NCBI GenBank assembly: GCA_045106235.1
Contig: JBGCEJ010000013.1
Coordinates: forward strand, 70,179-134,178
Length of the DNA stretch: 64,000 nt
DNA from: Myxococcota bacterium
GTDB lineage: Bacteria; Myxococcota_A; UBA9160; UBA4427
Direction of reading: 5' to 3'
Shown: one piece after another, positions 27,586 to 36,986 of the stretch
Position numbering within the stretch: position 1 is the first letter of the stretch
Layout of the letters: each line of letters starts with the position of its first letter
Translations under genes and position numbers: made by a program
The notes under the pieces: model-generated
Told to the model about the DNA's origin: nothing
Databases searched by the model: none
Seen by the model: the letters and a program-made list of their open reading frames with translations, nothing else

Positions 27586-28302
27586 GTGGATATTGATCGC
27601 CGCATACTCGTTGTCGACGCGCCAGACGGTGCATTGCAGCAGCTCTCCCTGGATCTCATGGGAAGCCAATTTGGTGTGCATTACGCGACCGGCATGGACG
27701 AGGCGAAGCTGCTCGCGCGAGATGTGCATGGCAAGATCCTGGCGGTGCTCTTCTCGACCGAAACCGAGATCGGGCGCATCCCTGACATCGCCAAAGCGCT
27801 AGGCGTCGAAACCAAATCGCTGATCCCCGTCGGTGAGCGGCCGGCGAAGCGCGTCATCGCGGCCCTCGCCTTTCATGGCGTGCGCTGGCATCTATGGGAC
27901 AACCCGCCCAACGAGTCGCTGCGCTTTGTTCTCTCGAGCCTGCTTTACGACCACGATCCCTTCGAACTCCGCTACCACCTGCGAATCCCGACGCATCTCG
28001 CCGCCCAAATCGAAGTCGAGGGCGAAAAACACGCCACGTCGATTCGCGATATCGGCCTCGGCGGAGCTTGCCTCTTCGGCGGCGTGATCGGCGGAGAAGA
28101 TGCCCGCGCCGACATCCTCTTCGAGGTCAGCGATTCCGAGATTCGCCTCCCTGTTAGGGTGGCATGGAGCTCGGGAAACGACAGCCCGGAAACGAATGTC
28201 ACGGGCGTCGCCTTCGTCGAGGTGGAACCAGAAGCGGGAGACGCGATCGATACGCTCCGCCGCGGATTCGTCGAACGCCACCGGATCGAAAAACCGGCCT
28301 AA
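27586..28302 (+). CDS. PilZ-domain protein with an N-terminal receiver-like domain
   Basis: N-terminal RILVVDAPDG... has a REC-like fold pattern. C-terminal RYHLRIPT...IRDIGLGGACLF fits the PilZ RxxxR / D-x-S-x-x-G pattern. Confidence 0.6.
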   Translation: MDIDRRILVVDAPDGALQQLSLDLMGSQFGVHYATGMDEAKLLARDVHGKILAVLFSTETEIGRIPDIAKALGVETKSLIPVGERPAKRVIAALAFHGVRWHLWDNPPNESLRFVLSSLLYDHDPFELRYHLRIPTHLAAQIEVEGEKHATSIRDIGLGGACLFGGVIGGEDARADILFEVSDSEIRLPVRVAWSSGNDSPETNVTGVAFVEVEPEAGDAIDTLRRGFVERHRIEKPA

Positions 28303-28383
28303 AGGCTGCCTTTCGGAGTTCTCTGCGAGACCGCACGTCCCGGCCCGCCACGCCACGCCCGGCTGCTGCAACCCGCCGCCGCG

Positions 28384-29901
28384 CTAGCGCGAATAGACCG
28401 GCGGTGACGCACCCGAGAGACGAACACGCTCCCCGACCAGGCTCTGCCCGGCGAGATCCGGCAGCATTCCCTCCTCGGCCTTCGCGGCGACCCGGCGCCC
28501 GTCCGGCAAGGTCGCGATAATCGGTGCCGCAGCCACGCTGCCGTCGCGTCCGTAAACGACCGTGCCCGCAGAAACGGTCGCCTCGCTTTCCACTTCCGTC
28601 ACCAACTCGATCCCGGCGGCGTTGATCGCCTCCTGCGCCGCGCTCGTGTCCGGACAAACAAAACCGTCCTCTGGCGGAGCATTGCCGTAGATCCCCACAG
28701 AATGCTTAGAGAGCAGTCCGCCGTTGCCCGAGGCGTAAGCGAATCGGCCGCCTTCGCGCAGGCGCCGCGCCGCATGGGCGATGCCATGGCTTGTGTAGTT
28801 ATTGCCGGGGCCGCCAAAGAAAGACATGCCACCTGTCAGCGTTAGGCCTCGCGGATCATCAATCGAAAGGCCAATCTCCGACGCGCCAATTTCGACCGCG
28901 ACCGGAAAGCAGGAATAGAGGTCGATAAAATCCATCTCGTCGATGCCTAAGCCCGCGGCCGCAAAAGTCGCGCCCGCGGCAGCTCGGATGGCAGGGGAGC
29001 CCGCGAGTTCGGGGCGGGACGCGGGGGTCACATCCGCATTCGAAGCCCCGGCCCAGGGGAAGACGCATTGATCCGCGAGGCCGAGTTCCTTCGCGACGGC
29101 GAGCGTGGTGACGAGAAGCGCGCTGCCCATATCGACATTGGCAAAGCTGTTCATGCGCTTTGTGTAGGGCTCCGCCGTGATCCGGTTATCCGGAGTCGGC
29201 GTCGCGATCGCGTCTGCGCTGAGCGCTTCCGGAAACCAAGCGAGGGGATTTTTCGCAGCGACCTGGCTTGCGCGGCTGAGCATCTCGCCGAGACGCTTCC
29301 GCCAAACCTCGGGCGGCGCGCCCGATTCCGCGGCCAGCGCGCTTTCGAACATTGGATACACATCCGCCGGTCGCGCGAGACCTGCTTGAAATTCCGGCTT
29401 CACCACCATGCCATGAAGCGAAGCCCCGACCACCGGATCCCCCGCCGTCTCATCCCCCTTCATCCCGTCCTGGGCAGCGGTCAAAAAGTCCGACCCCGGA
29501 TCCGCAAGCTTCATCGACCGCGTCGCCTCCGCCCCCAGAATCAGCGTCGTCTCAAGCTCTCCCTGCACGATTTCTTGGCAGGCCCGGTTCATCAGCCACT
29601 GCGGCGTATTGCCACCCGGCGTCGTCGTTTCGCAGGTGATTCCTGACAGACCCAGCGCCGCCGCCGCTTCCGATGCCGGCGTTTTACTCACGGGCGAAAA
29701 CGAAACGCCGACGACTGAAAGACGCTGGATCCGCGACTCGAGTCCCGGCGCATCCGCAAAGGCCAAGCGCGCGGCGCTTGCTGCAAGTTCAACGGCCGAA
29801 GTGATCTCTTCACGCTCAAGCACTTCGCCAAGGCCAATCAGAACGGGGGTGCGCTGGGGATCCAAGGGCATATCGAAACTCCGGGGTTGAGGGCGAGGCA
29901 A
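28384..29901 (-). CDS. thiolase-like (SCP-x / lipid-transfer type) protein with a C-terminal OB-like extension
   Basis: Thiolase-fold blocks (IDLYSCFPVAVE, LTLTGGMSFFGGPGNNYTSHGIA) plus a beta-rich tail of about 100 aa. Confidence 0.65.
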   Translation of the reverse strand: MPRPQPRSFDMPLDPQRTPVLIGLGEVLEREEITSAVELAASAARLAFADAPGLESRIQRLSVVGVSFSPVSKTPASEAAAALGLSGITCETTTPGGNTPQWLMNRACQEIVQGELETTLILGAEATRSMKLADPGSDFLTAAQDGMKGDETAGDPVVGASLHGMVVKPEFQAGLARPADVYPMFESALAAESGAPPEVWRKRLGEMLSRASQVAAKNPLAWFPEALSADAIATPTPDNRITAEPYTKRMNSFANVDMGSALLVTTLAVAKELGLADQCVFPWAGASNADVTPASRPELAGSPAIRAAAGATFAAAGLGIDEMDFIDLYSCFPVAVEIGASEIGLSIDDPRGLTLTGGMSFFGGPGNNYTSHGIAHAARRLREGGRFAYASGNGGLLSKHSVGIYGNAPPEDGFVCPDTSAAQEAINAAGIELVTEVESEATVSAGTVVYGRDGSVAAAPIIATLPDGRRVAAKAEEGMLPDLAGQSLVGERVRLSGASPPVYSR

Positions 29902-30051
29902 AGGGGCCGAACGGCTCGAAAGAAGACACTAGAACGCGATCGCTGCCTCTGCGAATCAAGACTGCGCCGACGCCACATCGTCCTCACGTCGTCCTTACAT
30001 CATCGTCGTATCGAAGCCACTTTTCAGTCGCGGCGCCTCTCCCCACTCTCC

Positions 30052-31410
30052 CTAAACGGATCGGCGCTGCCAAGATCCACCGCGGAAGCGGCCCACGAAG
30101 AGCGCGGTCTTCAAGACGTAATCGAGGATCAAAACCGACCAGACCATCTCAATCGAAGCGTCGAAATACGTGACCAGCAAACTCGCCACACCCAGCCGCA
30201 CAACCATCAGCCCGGCAAAAACGGTCAGCATTGGGAAAAGCGTATCCCCCGCGCCCCGGAGCGCGCCGCCCAGAGCGAACTCCACCGCCATGAAAGGATG
30301 GGCGACCGCCAGGATCAGAATGATCGTCCGTGTGAGTTCGAGGACTTCGGGATCCTCCGTAAAGAGTCGCCCCAGCGGCCCCGAACAGAGCACCAAGACA
30401 AGGCCGAACACGCTCATCGCCGCAACCGCGAGCGCCGTGCCTCGCCACCCCGCTTGCCGAGCGCGCTCTGGCTCTTCAGCGCCCAGGTGCTGCCCAACTA
30501 ACGTCGCCGCCGCCATCGAAAAGCCAACGCCTGGAATAAACGAACATGAGAGCACGGTCGTGCCGATATTGTATGCGGCGATCACGTTCGTCCCGTAGGC
30601 ACTCATGATCCGCTGAAAGAGCAGAAGTCCCATCTGAAAGAAACCACTCTCGAGTCCTGCGGGCGTCCCGATTCGCATCAGACGACGAAACAAGTCCAGA
30701 TCGGGGCGCCAGCCCCCGCCGCTGGGCTTCAGAACCAGACGATGTCCCGCCCATAAACCGATGAAGGGGAGCATCATCAGCAAGAGCGCAAGGTTCGAAG
30801 CGATCGCCGCGCCGACAACGCCGAGCGCGGGGGCGCCCAAGTTCCCGTAGATCAAAACCCAGTTGAAAAAGACGTTGCCTGCGGAGGAAAAGAGCATGAT
30901 CCAGAGGGGCGTCTTCACATCTCCCGCTGCGCGCAGCCCCGCGCCGAACACCATCACGATCGATAGCGGGATCGTTCCCCAGATCCGCCACCAGAGATAG
31001 TCAGCACCCAGCCCAACCACCTCGCGCTCGACGCCGTAAATCGAAATCGCCTGCGTCGTAAAAGGGAAAAGCAGCAGCGAACTCGCCAGCGCAAGCAGCA
31101 CGCCCAGGATCTGCGCCTGGCGAAGACTCGCGTCCGCGGCGGCCCCATCCCCCGCCCCAACGGCGCGCGCAAGAATGGCCGCAAGGCCACCCGGCGCCAC
31201 CGCCACGACAGACTCCAGCAGCCAATAGAACTGCCCGCCGAGCCCCACACCCGCCAGCGCCTCGGGTCCAAGGGATCCCACCATCGCGAAATCCGTGAAG
31301 CGCACAACGGTCCCGGCGCCCATCGCCGCCATGGTCGGCCAGGCCAGCGCCCAGATCCCGTCCTGCGTCACGCCCAGCTTCGAATCCGGCGCCTGCTCTG
31401 TCTCGGACAC
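30052..31410 (-). CDS. MATE family efflux transporter
   Basis: 452 aa with 12 hydrophobic helices and the typical MATE N-terminus (IWALAWPTMAAMG...). Confidence 0.85.
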   Translation of the reverse strand: MSETEQAPDSKLGVTQDGIWALAWPTMAAMGAGTVVRFTDFAMVGSLGPEALAGVGLGGQFYWLLESVVAVAPGGLAAILARAVGAGDGAAADASLRQAQILGVLLALASSLLLFPFTTQAISIYGVEREVVGLGADYLWWRIWGTIPLSIVMVFGAGLRAAGDVKTPLWIMLFSSAGNVFFNWVLIYGNLGAPALGVVGAAIASNLALLLMMLPFIGLWAGHRLVLKPSGGGWRPDLDLFRRLMRIGTPAGLESGFFQMGLLLFQRIMSAYGTNVIAAYNIGTTVLSCSFIPGVGFSMAAATLVGQHLGAEEPERARQAGWRGTALAVAAMSVFGLVLVLCSGPLGRLFTEDPEVLELTRTIILILAVAHPFMAVEFALGGALRGAGDTLFPMLTVFAGLMVVRLGVASLLVTYFDASIEMVWSVLILDYVLKTALFVGRFRGGSWQRRSV

Positions 31411-31560
31411 GCGCGCCTCCGGATCCTCTTCGGCGGAGCGCCGACAAGAGAGTGAAAGCGTAGCAGCGCGTGGCGCATCACCCGACTATGCTCGCGCGTC
31501 CAGCCGCGATTCACGCGCGAGCGGTCAAGCCACCGCGTCCCGAGCCAAGAGGAAAATACC

Positions 31561-32649
31561 GTGAGCACCTGTCGAGCCGGCGTCTTCAACGGAGACGGCA
31601 CCTATCAGATCCAAGACTTCGCACTTCCCACCGCTCTTCCCGGCGGCGGCGTGCTCAAAGTGGAGGCCGTCGGACTCTGCGGCAGCGACGTGGCCCAGCT
31701 CGCGGGGCATCATCATGTTCCCGGCGAAGTCGCGCCCATCGTGCCCGGGCATGAAATCGTCGGACGTGTCCATGCGCTCGCGGCAGACAGCACGCTCGTT
31801 TATCCCTCCGGTGAAGCCGTCCGCGAAGGCGACCGCGTCGCTGTTGAAATCATCGTCCCGGCCGAGCCCTCCCCCGAATTCCCGCACGGCTTCCGCGCGG
31901 CCTACAGCTACACCCTCGGCACGGACAACGAGCATGGTCTTTGGGGCGGCTACGGCGAGTACATGGGACTGCTTCCCGGGACGCGCCTGCATAAGCTGAC
32001 GGATGCGGTGTCGGCCGCTGAGCTGACCTTCTTTGAAGGCCTCGCGAGCGCCGTGAATTGGGTCGATGTCGCCTGCGTAAAGAAAGGCGACACCGTCGTG
32101 ATTCAAGGCCCCGGCCATATGGGCCTCGCCTGCGTCGTAATGGCCAAGATCCGCGGCGCCGCCCAGGTCATCCTCAGTGGCACCGCCGCGGACGCGGAGC
32201 GCTTCGAAATCGCCCGCCAAATCGGCGCGGACCATACGATCAACGTCGAAGAGGAGGATATCGTCGCTCGGGTCGCGGAATTGACCGGACAGCGCATGGC
32301 GCAAGTCGTGATGGATATGACGGCGATCGCCACAAAGCCCGTTCAACTCTGCCTCGAACTCGCCGGGCACGGTGGCCATATCCTGATCGGCGGTCTCAAG
32401 AACGAGGCCCCCGTCGAGATCATCAGCGACCACATCATCTTCCGCTCGCTCACGATCCACGGCGGTTCCGGGGCGAGTTCAGAGTCCGCGGCCGAAGCCT
32501 GTGAGCTGCTGAATGCCGGCCGAATTCCGACCGCGGAACTCCTGGGGACGACCTGCACCCTCGACGAACTCGATCACGGGATCGCTCTGCTGAAACGCGA
32601 GGTCCCAGGTCAGGACGTCCTGCGCGTCGTGCTGACCCACAGCGACTAG
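31561..32649 (+). CDS. zinc-binding alcohol dehydrogenase (MDR family)
   Basis: GLCGSDV, GHEIVGRV and the Rossmann motif VIQGPGHMGL. GTG start. Confidence 0.8.
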   Translation: MSTCRAGVFNGDGTYQIQDFALPTALPGGGVLKVEAVGLCGSDVAQLAGHHHVPGEVAPIVPGHEIVGRVHALAADSTLVYPSGEAVREGDRVAVEIIVPAEPSPEFPHGFRAAYSYTLGTDNEHGLWGGYGEYMGLLPGTRLHKLTDAVSAAELTFFEGLASAVNWVDVACVKKGDTVVIQGPGHMGLACVVMAKIRGAAQVILSGTAADAERFEIARQIGADHTINVEEEDIVARVAELTGQRMAQVVMDMTAIATKPVQLCLELAGHGGHILIGGLKNEAPVEIISDHIIFRSLTIHGGSGASSESAAEACELLNAGRIPTAELLGTTCTLDELDHGIALLKREVPGQDVLRVVLTHSD

Positions 32650-32915
32650 GCGAACAGAGCCTCTCGACTCTGCTCCGGATTCCGCTTCGGATGCGCAAGT
32701 CATGTGCGAGTTGCCGCGAGGCCTACGAGAGACAGCGGAAGCGGCTCATTTCCCGCTCCCGCGTGGCCGAAACGTCCCGAAAGAGTGTTTTCTAGCGAGT
32801 AAGTCGCCCTCCGCTATCCTCGGCGACCGTTCAGAACGGTCAGGATGCTGCGCGCAGGGGCCGTCTGCAATTTTCAGCGAAAGCTTAAGACTCCAAATCA
32901 GGGCAGACCTCATCC

Positions 32916-33485
32916 ATGGGAACCACCGACACCTCGCAATTCCGAAACGGCCTCAAGCTCGAGCTCGACGGCCAACCCTTCACGATCACCTACTTCCAGC
33001 ACGTGAAGCCGGGCAAGGGCGGTGCTTTCGTACGCACCAAGATCAAGAACCTGCTGAACGGCCGCACGATCGAGCGCACTTTCCGATCCGGCGAGAAGGC
33101 GGAAGAGGCGGACATCGAAGAAAACACGATGCAGTACCTCTACCACGATGGTGAGAATCTCATCTTCATGGACCAGAAGACCTACGACCAGATTCCGATT
33201 TCGCCCGACGTCCTCGGCGACCAGATGGACTTCATGATGGAAAACATGAACGTCGACGTGCTCTTCTGGAAAGGCGACCCGGTCAACGTCCAGCTCCCGA
33301 ACTACATCGAAGCCAAGGTCACCCAGTCGGATCCCGGCGTGAAGGGCGACACAAGTTCCGGCGCCCTCAAGCCGGCGACACTCGAATGTGGCGCCACTAT
33401 CAACGTTCCGCTTTTCATCAAAGAGGGCGATGTCCTCCGAGTCGACACGCGGACGCGTGAATACTCGGAGCGCGTCTCTCAATAG
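32916..33485 (+). CDS. efp: elongation factor P
   Basis: 189 aa. FRNGLKLELDGQPF...VKPGKGGAFVRTKIKNL carries the conserved loop Lys. Confidence 0.95.
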   Translation: MGTTDTSQFRNGLKLELDGQPFTITYFQHVKPGKGGAFVRTKIKNLLNGRTIERTFRSGEKAEEADIEENTMQYLYHDGENLIFMDQKTYDQIPISPDVLGDQMDFMMENMNVDVLFWKGDPVNVQLPNYIEAKVTQSDPGVKGDTSSGALKPATLECGATINVPLFIKEGDVLRVDTRTREYSERVSQ

Positions 33486-33503
33486 ACTGAGATCGCAAGG
33501 ATC

Positions 33504-34826
33504 ATGTCCGCCGGCAATCCAGAATCGACGCGCGCGGGACGGGGCCCCTCAGGCCTCGTCACCCGAAACGAAAGCGGCGATTGGGCGGAGCGGCGCAAGG
33601 GCAAGCCACGCCGAGCCATCGTGCTTTCCGGCGGCGGCGCCCGAGGCGCTTATGAAGCGGGCGTTCTGCGCTTCATTCTCGACGAGCTCCCGAAGAGAAC
33701 CGGTATCGAGCCCGATTTCGAGATCGTCTGCGGCACTTCCGTGGGGGCGATTCATTCCTGCTTCCTCGCCGCCACCGCGGACGAGGATCGCCGGGGCGAA
33801 CGCCTGGTCGAGATCTGGGACAATATGCGTGTCCACGAGATCTTCAATTTCACGACGCGCGATTTCCTAAAACTCCCGCGCCGCATGGCCGGCGTGAAAC
33901 ACGTCGCCAAACTCCTCCGCGATGGCCAGCGCCCCGACCGACTCTACGGCCTCCTCGACACGGAGCCCCTCGAGCGCCTCGTCCTGCAATCGATCCCCTG
34001 GCAAGGCATCCGCCGCAATATCCGCAGCGGTCGCATCGACACCGTCTGCGTCGCCGCCACCCAAATCGCGACCGGCCGAGCCGTCGTCTTTTGCGATAGC
34101 CATCGCCCCGAGCTCCCGCCCTGGGCCAACGTTGCGAATGTCCGGATGCAGCGCATCCGTCTCTCCCCGCTCCACGCCCTCGCTTCCGCCGCCATCCCGA
34201 TGCTCTTCCCTTCGGTTCGCGTCGGCGCGCGCTACTACGTCGACGGCGGCCTCCGCCTCAACACGCCTCTCGCGCCCGCCGTCCGACTCGGCGCGGACAA
34301 GATGCTGGTCATCGGCCTAACGAGCGAAACCGGCGGCTCCGTCTCCGAAACCATCGCCCAGGAACGCACCGCCGAATTCGGCAACCCCATGTTTCTCTTC
34401 GGCAAGGTCCTGAACGCGTTGATGCTCTCGCCGATTGAAGCCGATGTATCTCGCCTCGAATTCATCAATCGCATCATCGAAACGGGAACCGAAACCTTCG
34501 GCGACGATTTCTTGCAAAAGCTCAACGAAGGCCTCGACCCCAAAGGCAGCCGACCGCTCAAGCCCATCGAGAATCTCGTCATCCGCCCCTCGGAAGACCT
34601 TGGGCGCGTCGCGGGCGATGTCGTCCGAGACGATCCGGATCTCGACTTCGGCGCCTTCCTCGGCATGCTTCGACGCGCGACGGGCGCCGGCGCGAACACG
34701 AAAGAGGCCGACCTCGTCTCCTACCTGCTCTTCGACTCGACCTATGCCCGCCGCCTGATCGAAATCGGTCACAAAGACGCCGAAGCGCGCGAAGACGAGA
34801 TCGCGGCCTTTTTTTCGGACGATTAA
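33504..34826 (+). CDS. patatin-like phospholipase
   Basis: All three catalytic motifs are intact: SGGGARGAYEAG (oxyanion hole), GTSVGA (GxSxG) and YYVDGGL (DGG Asp). Confidence 0.85.
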   Translation: MSAGNPESTRAGRGPSGLVTRNESGDWAERRKGKPRRAIVLSGGGARGAYEAGVLRFILDELPKRTGIEPDFEIVCGTSVGAIHSCFLAATADEDRRGERLVEIWDNMRVHEIFNFTTRDFLKLPRRMAGVKHVAKLLRDGQRPDRLYGLLDTEPLERLVLQSIPWQGIRRNIRSGRIDTVCVAATQIATGRAVVFCDSHRPELPPWANVANVRMQRIRLSPLHALASAAIPMLFPSVRVGARYYVDGGLRLNTPLAPAVRLGADKMLVIGLTSETGGSVSETIAQERTAEFGNPMFLFGKVLNALMLSPIEADVSRLEFINRIIETGTETFGDDFLQKLNEGLDPKGSRPLKPIENLVIRPSEDLGRVAGDVVRDDPDLDFGAFLGMLRRATGAGANTKEADLVSYLLFDSTYARRLIEIGHKDAEAREDEIAAFFSDD

Positions 34827-34897
34827 AGTCGTCCTGGGCTGAGGGCTAGAAGGGCTCGCCTCGCCTATTGCAGCATGAACGGGTACGTTCGGGTCGT

Positions 34898-35869
34898 ATG
34901 CGGGGCGACCAGCTGGCACGACAATGGCAATTGATGCAGCGGCTTGCGCGCAGTCGCGCGGGTGCGGGCCTCGACGAATTGGCCGACGAACTCGGCTGCG
35001 TCCGGCGCACGGTCTACCGAGACCTCGATGCGCTGATGTACGCCGGCTTTCCCGTCACGAGCGAAAAACGCGACGGCAAAGCCTACTACCGCTTCCTCGA
35101 CAGCTTCCAGCTCGGCCAAGTTCCGTTCACACCGGATGAACTGCTCGCCCTCGCGTTCAGCGAGGACCTCCTCAAAACCCTCGAAGGCACGGTCTTTCAC
35201 GATTCCATCCGCGCCGCCCTCGCAAAAATTCGCGCCGGCTTGGGCCCGGAACTGCAGAGCTATCTCGAACGCCTCGGAGACGGCTTCCGCGTCCTCCCTG
35301 GACCGCATAAGCGCTACACCGATTTTCGCGACACGATCCGAACGCTGAACGAGGGTGTCCTGGAATTCCGGACGCTCGAAATGCGATACCGAACCGCGCG
35401 GACCGGAGAAGAGTCAAGCCGGCGCATCGACCCGTACAAGGTTTGGTACCACGGCGGAGCCCTCTACGTGATCGGTCACGACCATCGCTCGGACGAGATC
35501 CGCACCTTCGCCGTCGACCGCATCCAAGCGATCGAAAAGCGCAGCGAGGAATTCGAAGTCCCCTCTGATTTTGACTTCGACGCCTATACCGCTTCAAGCT
35601 TCGGCGTCGTTGCCGAGCCCGCTGTCCCGATTCGGATCCGCTTTACTTCCGAATGGGCCTCCTATGTCAGCGAACGCGAATGGCATGCAAGCCAGTCAAC
35701 GACGCCCTTGCCCGACGGCGGACTCGAGCTCTTCATGGAAGCGGGCGGGAGCCAGGAACTCGCAAACTGGGTGCTTTCCTTTGGTGGCGGCGCCGAGGTC
35801 CTCGAACCCACGTCGCTGCGCGAGGAAGTCCGCGCGTCCCTCAAGACCGCGCTCGCCCACTACGCCTAG
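34898..35869 (+). CDS. HTH-WYL domain transcriptional regulator
   Basis: N-terminal wHTH (LDELADELGCVRRTVYRDLDAL). WYL core IDPYKVWYHGGALYVIGHDHRSDEIRTFAVDRI. I chose the ATG at 34898 over the TTG at 34868. Confidence 0.8.
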   Translation: MRGDQLARQWQLMQRLARSRAGAGLDELADELGCVRRTVYRDLDALMYAGFPVTSEKRDGKAYYRFLDSFQLGQVPFTPDELLALAFSEDLLKTLEGTVFHDSIRAALAKIRAGLGPELQSYLERLGDGFRVLPGPHKRYTDFRDTIRTLNEGVLEFRTLEMRYRTARTGEESSRRIDPYKVWYHGGALYVIGHDHRSDEIRTFAVDRIQAIEKRSEEFEVPSDFDFDAYTASSFGVVAEPAVPIRIRFTSEWASYVSEREWHASQSTTPLPDGGLELFMEAGGSQELANWVLSFGGGAEVLEPTSLREEVRASLKTALAHYA

Positions 35870-35940
35870 TCCACTCACGCTCAGCCTTCTCACGCCTAGC
35901 CCCCTCACGCTTAGTCTTCTCACGCTTAGTCTTCTCACGC
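35866..35940. repeat. 5 x 15-bp direct tandem repeat, consensus YTAGYCYYCTCACGC
   Basis: Units are ctagtccactcacgc, tcagccttctcacgc, ctagccccctcacgc, ttagtcttctcacgc and ttagtcttctcacgc. The first unit contains the stop codon of the WYL gene. Confidence 0.85.
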
Positions 35941-36049
35941 CAAGCCCGCGAATGTGCAGCTAAGCGGCAGCAACTCAACCTATTCCGCCGCAGGCCGATA
36001 CTCCAGTAGTGGTCTTTGAATTTTCCGGAGGCCCTCCAAGGAGTCCCCC

Positions 36050-36274
36050 ATGGCCAAAGTCGCTACCGCATTCCTGCTCGTCGTGGGGTTGTGGATCTCC
36101 GGCGAGGTCTACGAGAAGGGACCCACCAACGCTTTCGGGGGCCTCTTCAAAAGCTTCGCCTCCGATCAAGCGCGCGCTGAACCCAAAATCGCTACCGCAC
36201 AGCGCGCGGGCGAGGCGGTCAGCCGTGCTCAAGACGAAGCGAACGCTCGCCGGGAGCGAATGCTAGGCGAGTAG
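36050..36274 (+). CDS. small hypothetical protein with N-terminal hydrophobic segment
   Basis: AAGGAG lies 6 nt upstream of the ATG. 74 aa: MAKVATAFLLVVGLWISGEVY..., followed by a charged tail. Confidence 0.45.
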   Translation: MAKVATAFLLVVGLWISGEVYEKGPTNAFGGLFKSFASDQARAEPKIATAQRAGEAVSRAQDEANARRERMLGE

Positions 36275-36286
36275 CATCTCATCTCG

Positions 36287-36961
36287 TTAGGCCAAAAGAC
36301 CCCTGCGGATAAACCCGGCCAATTCTTCACTCCTCCGCGACGCCGCCGACTTTGAAGACAACCGTTCCTCAGCCTGCTCTTCGCGAAAATGCCCAGAGCC
36401 AAAGTGAAGGAAGAGAACGCCCATCACCCTTTGGATGGAATCGTCCGTCGCGACCGGCCGAAATGTCCCGAGCGCGATTCCCTCTTCGAGGGGCCCGCGC
36501 AATCGCTCGACGATTCGAGCCAGCCGTCGCTCGAAGGGCTTCAAGATTCGATCCGCGCCCTGCCCCCGGAAGACCGAGAGAGGGGTTTCGTCCATGAGCA
36601 CCCTCATCAAAAGACGCGCCGCCGGCTCATCGTCAGCAAGCGTCTCCGCAACCGATCCGATCCAGCGATCAAGCCGGACACACGGATCCGATTCCGTCTC
36701 CTCCCCGAGTGCATCTTCGAGGCGTTCGAGGACTTGGTCGAGCACCGCCGCATAGAGATCGCTCTTGGTCGGGAAATGATGGAAGAGCGCTGATTTGCTG
36801 AGGCCGGCGGCCGTCGCGAGCTGTCGCATCCCGACCGCCGAATAGCCCCCACCAGAAAACAGAGTTTCAGCGACCTCGAGGATCTTCCCTCGGCTCTCCG
36901 CTGCCTGGAGACGGAGCTCTGGCTCGCCCGACTCTCCGGCTTTCTGATTCAGCATGCTCAA
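36287..36961 (-). CDS. TetR family transcriptional regulator
   Basis: N-terminal HTH ILEVAETLFSGGGYSAVGMRQLATAAGLSKSALFHHFPTKSDLY. The start is either TTG 36961 or ATG 36955. Confidence 0.85.
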   Translation of the reverse strand: MSMLNQKAGESGEPELRLQAAESRGKILEVAETLFSGGGYSAVGMRQLATAAGLSKSALFHHFPTKSDLYAAVLDQVLERLEDALGEETESDPCVRLDRWIGSVAETLADDEPAARLLMRVLMDETPLSVFRGQGADRILKPFERRLARIVERLRGPLEEGIALGTFRPVATDDSIQRVMGVLFLHFGSGHFREEQAEERLSSKSAASRRSEELAGFIRRGLLA

Positions 36962-36968
36962 ACTTTAT

Positions 36969-36986
36969 CGACCGACCGGTCGGTCG
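36969..36986. promoter_or_regulatory. 18-bp perfect palindrome, candidate TetR operator
   Basis: CGACCGACCGGTCGGTCG is its own reverse complement. It lies 8 bp upstream of the tetR start, in the 500-bp divergent region before the TpsB gene. Confidence 0.5.

Noticed and set aside
35866-35940. Possible CRISPR array
   Set aside because: The 15-bp units are contiguous with no spacers, and there are no cas genes. It is a simple tandem repeat.
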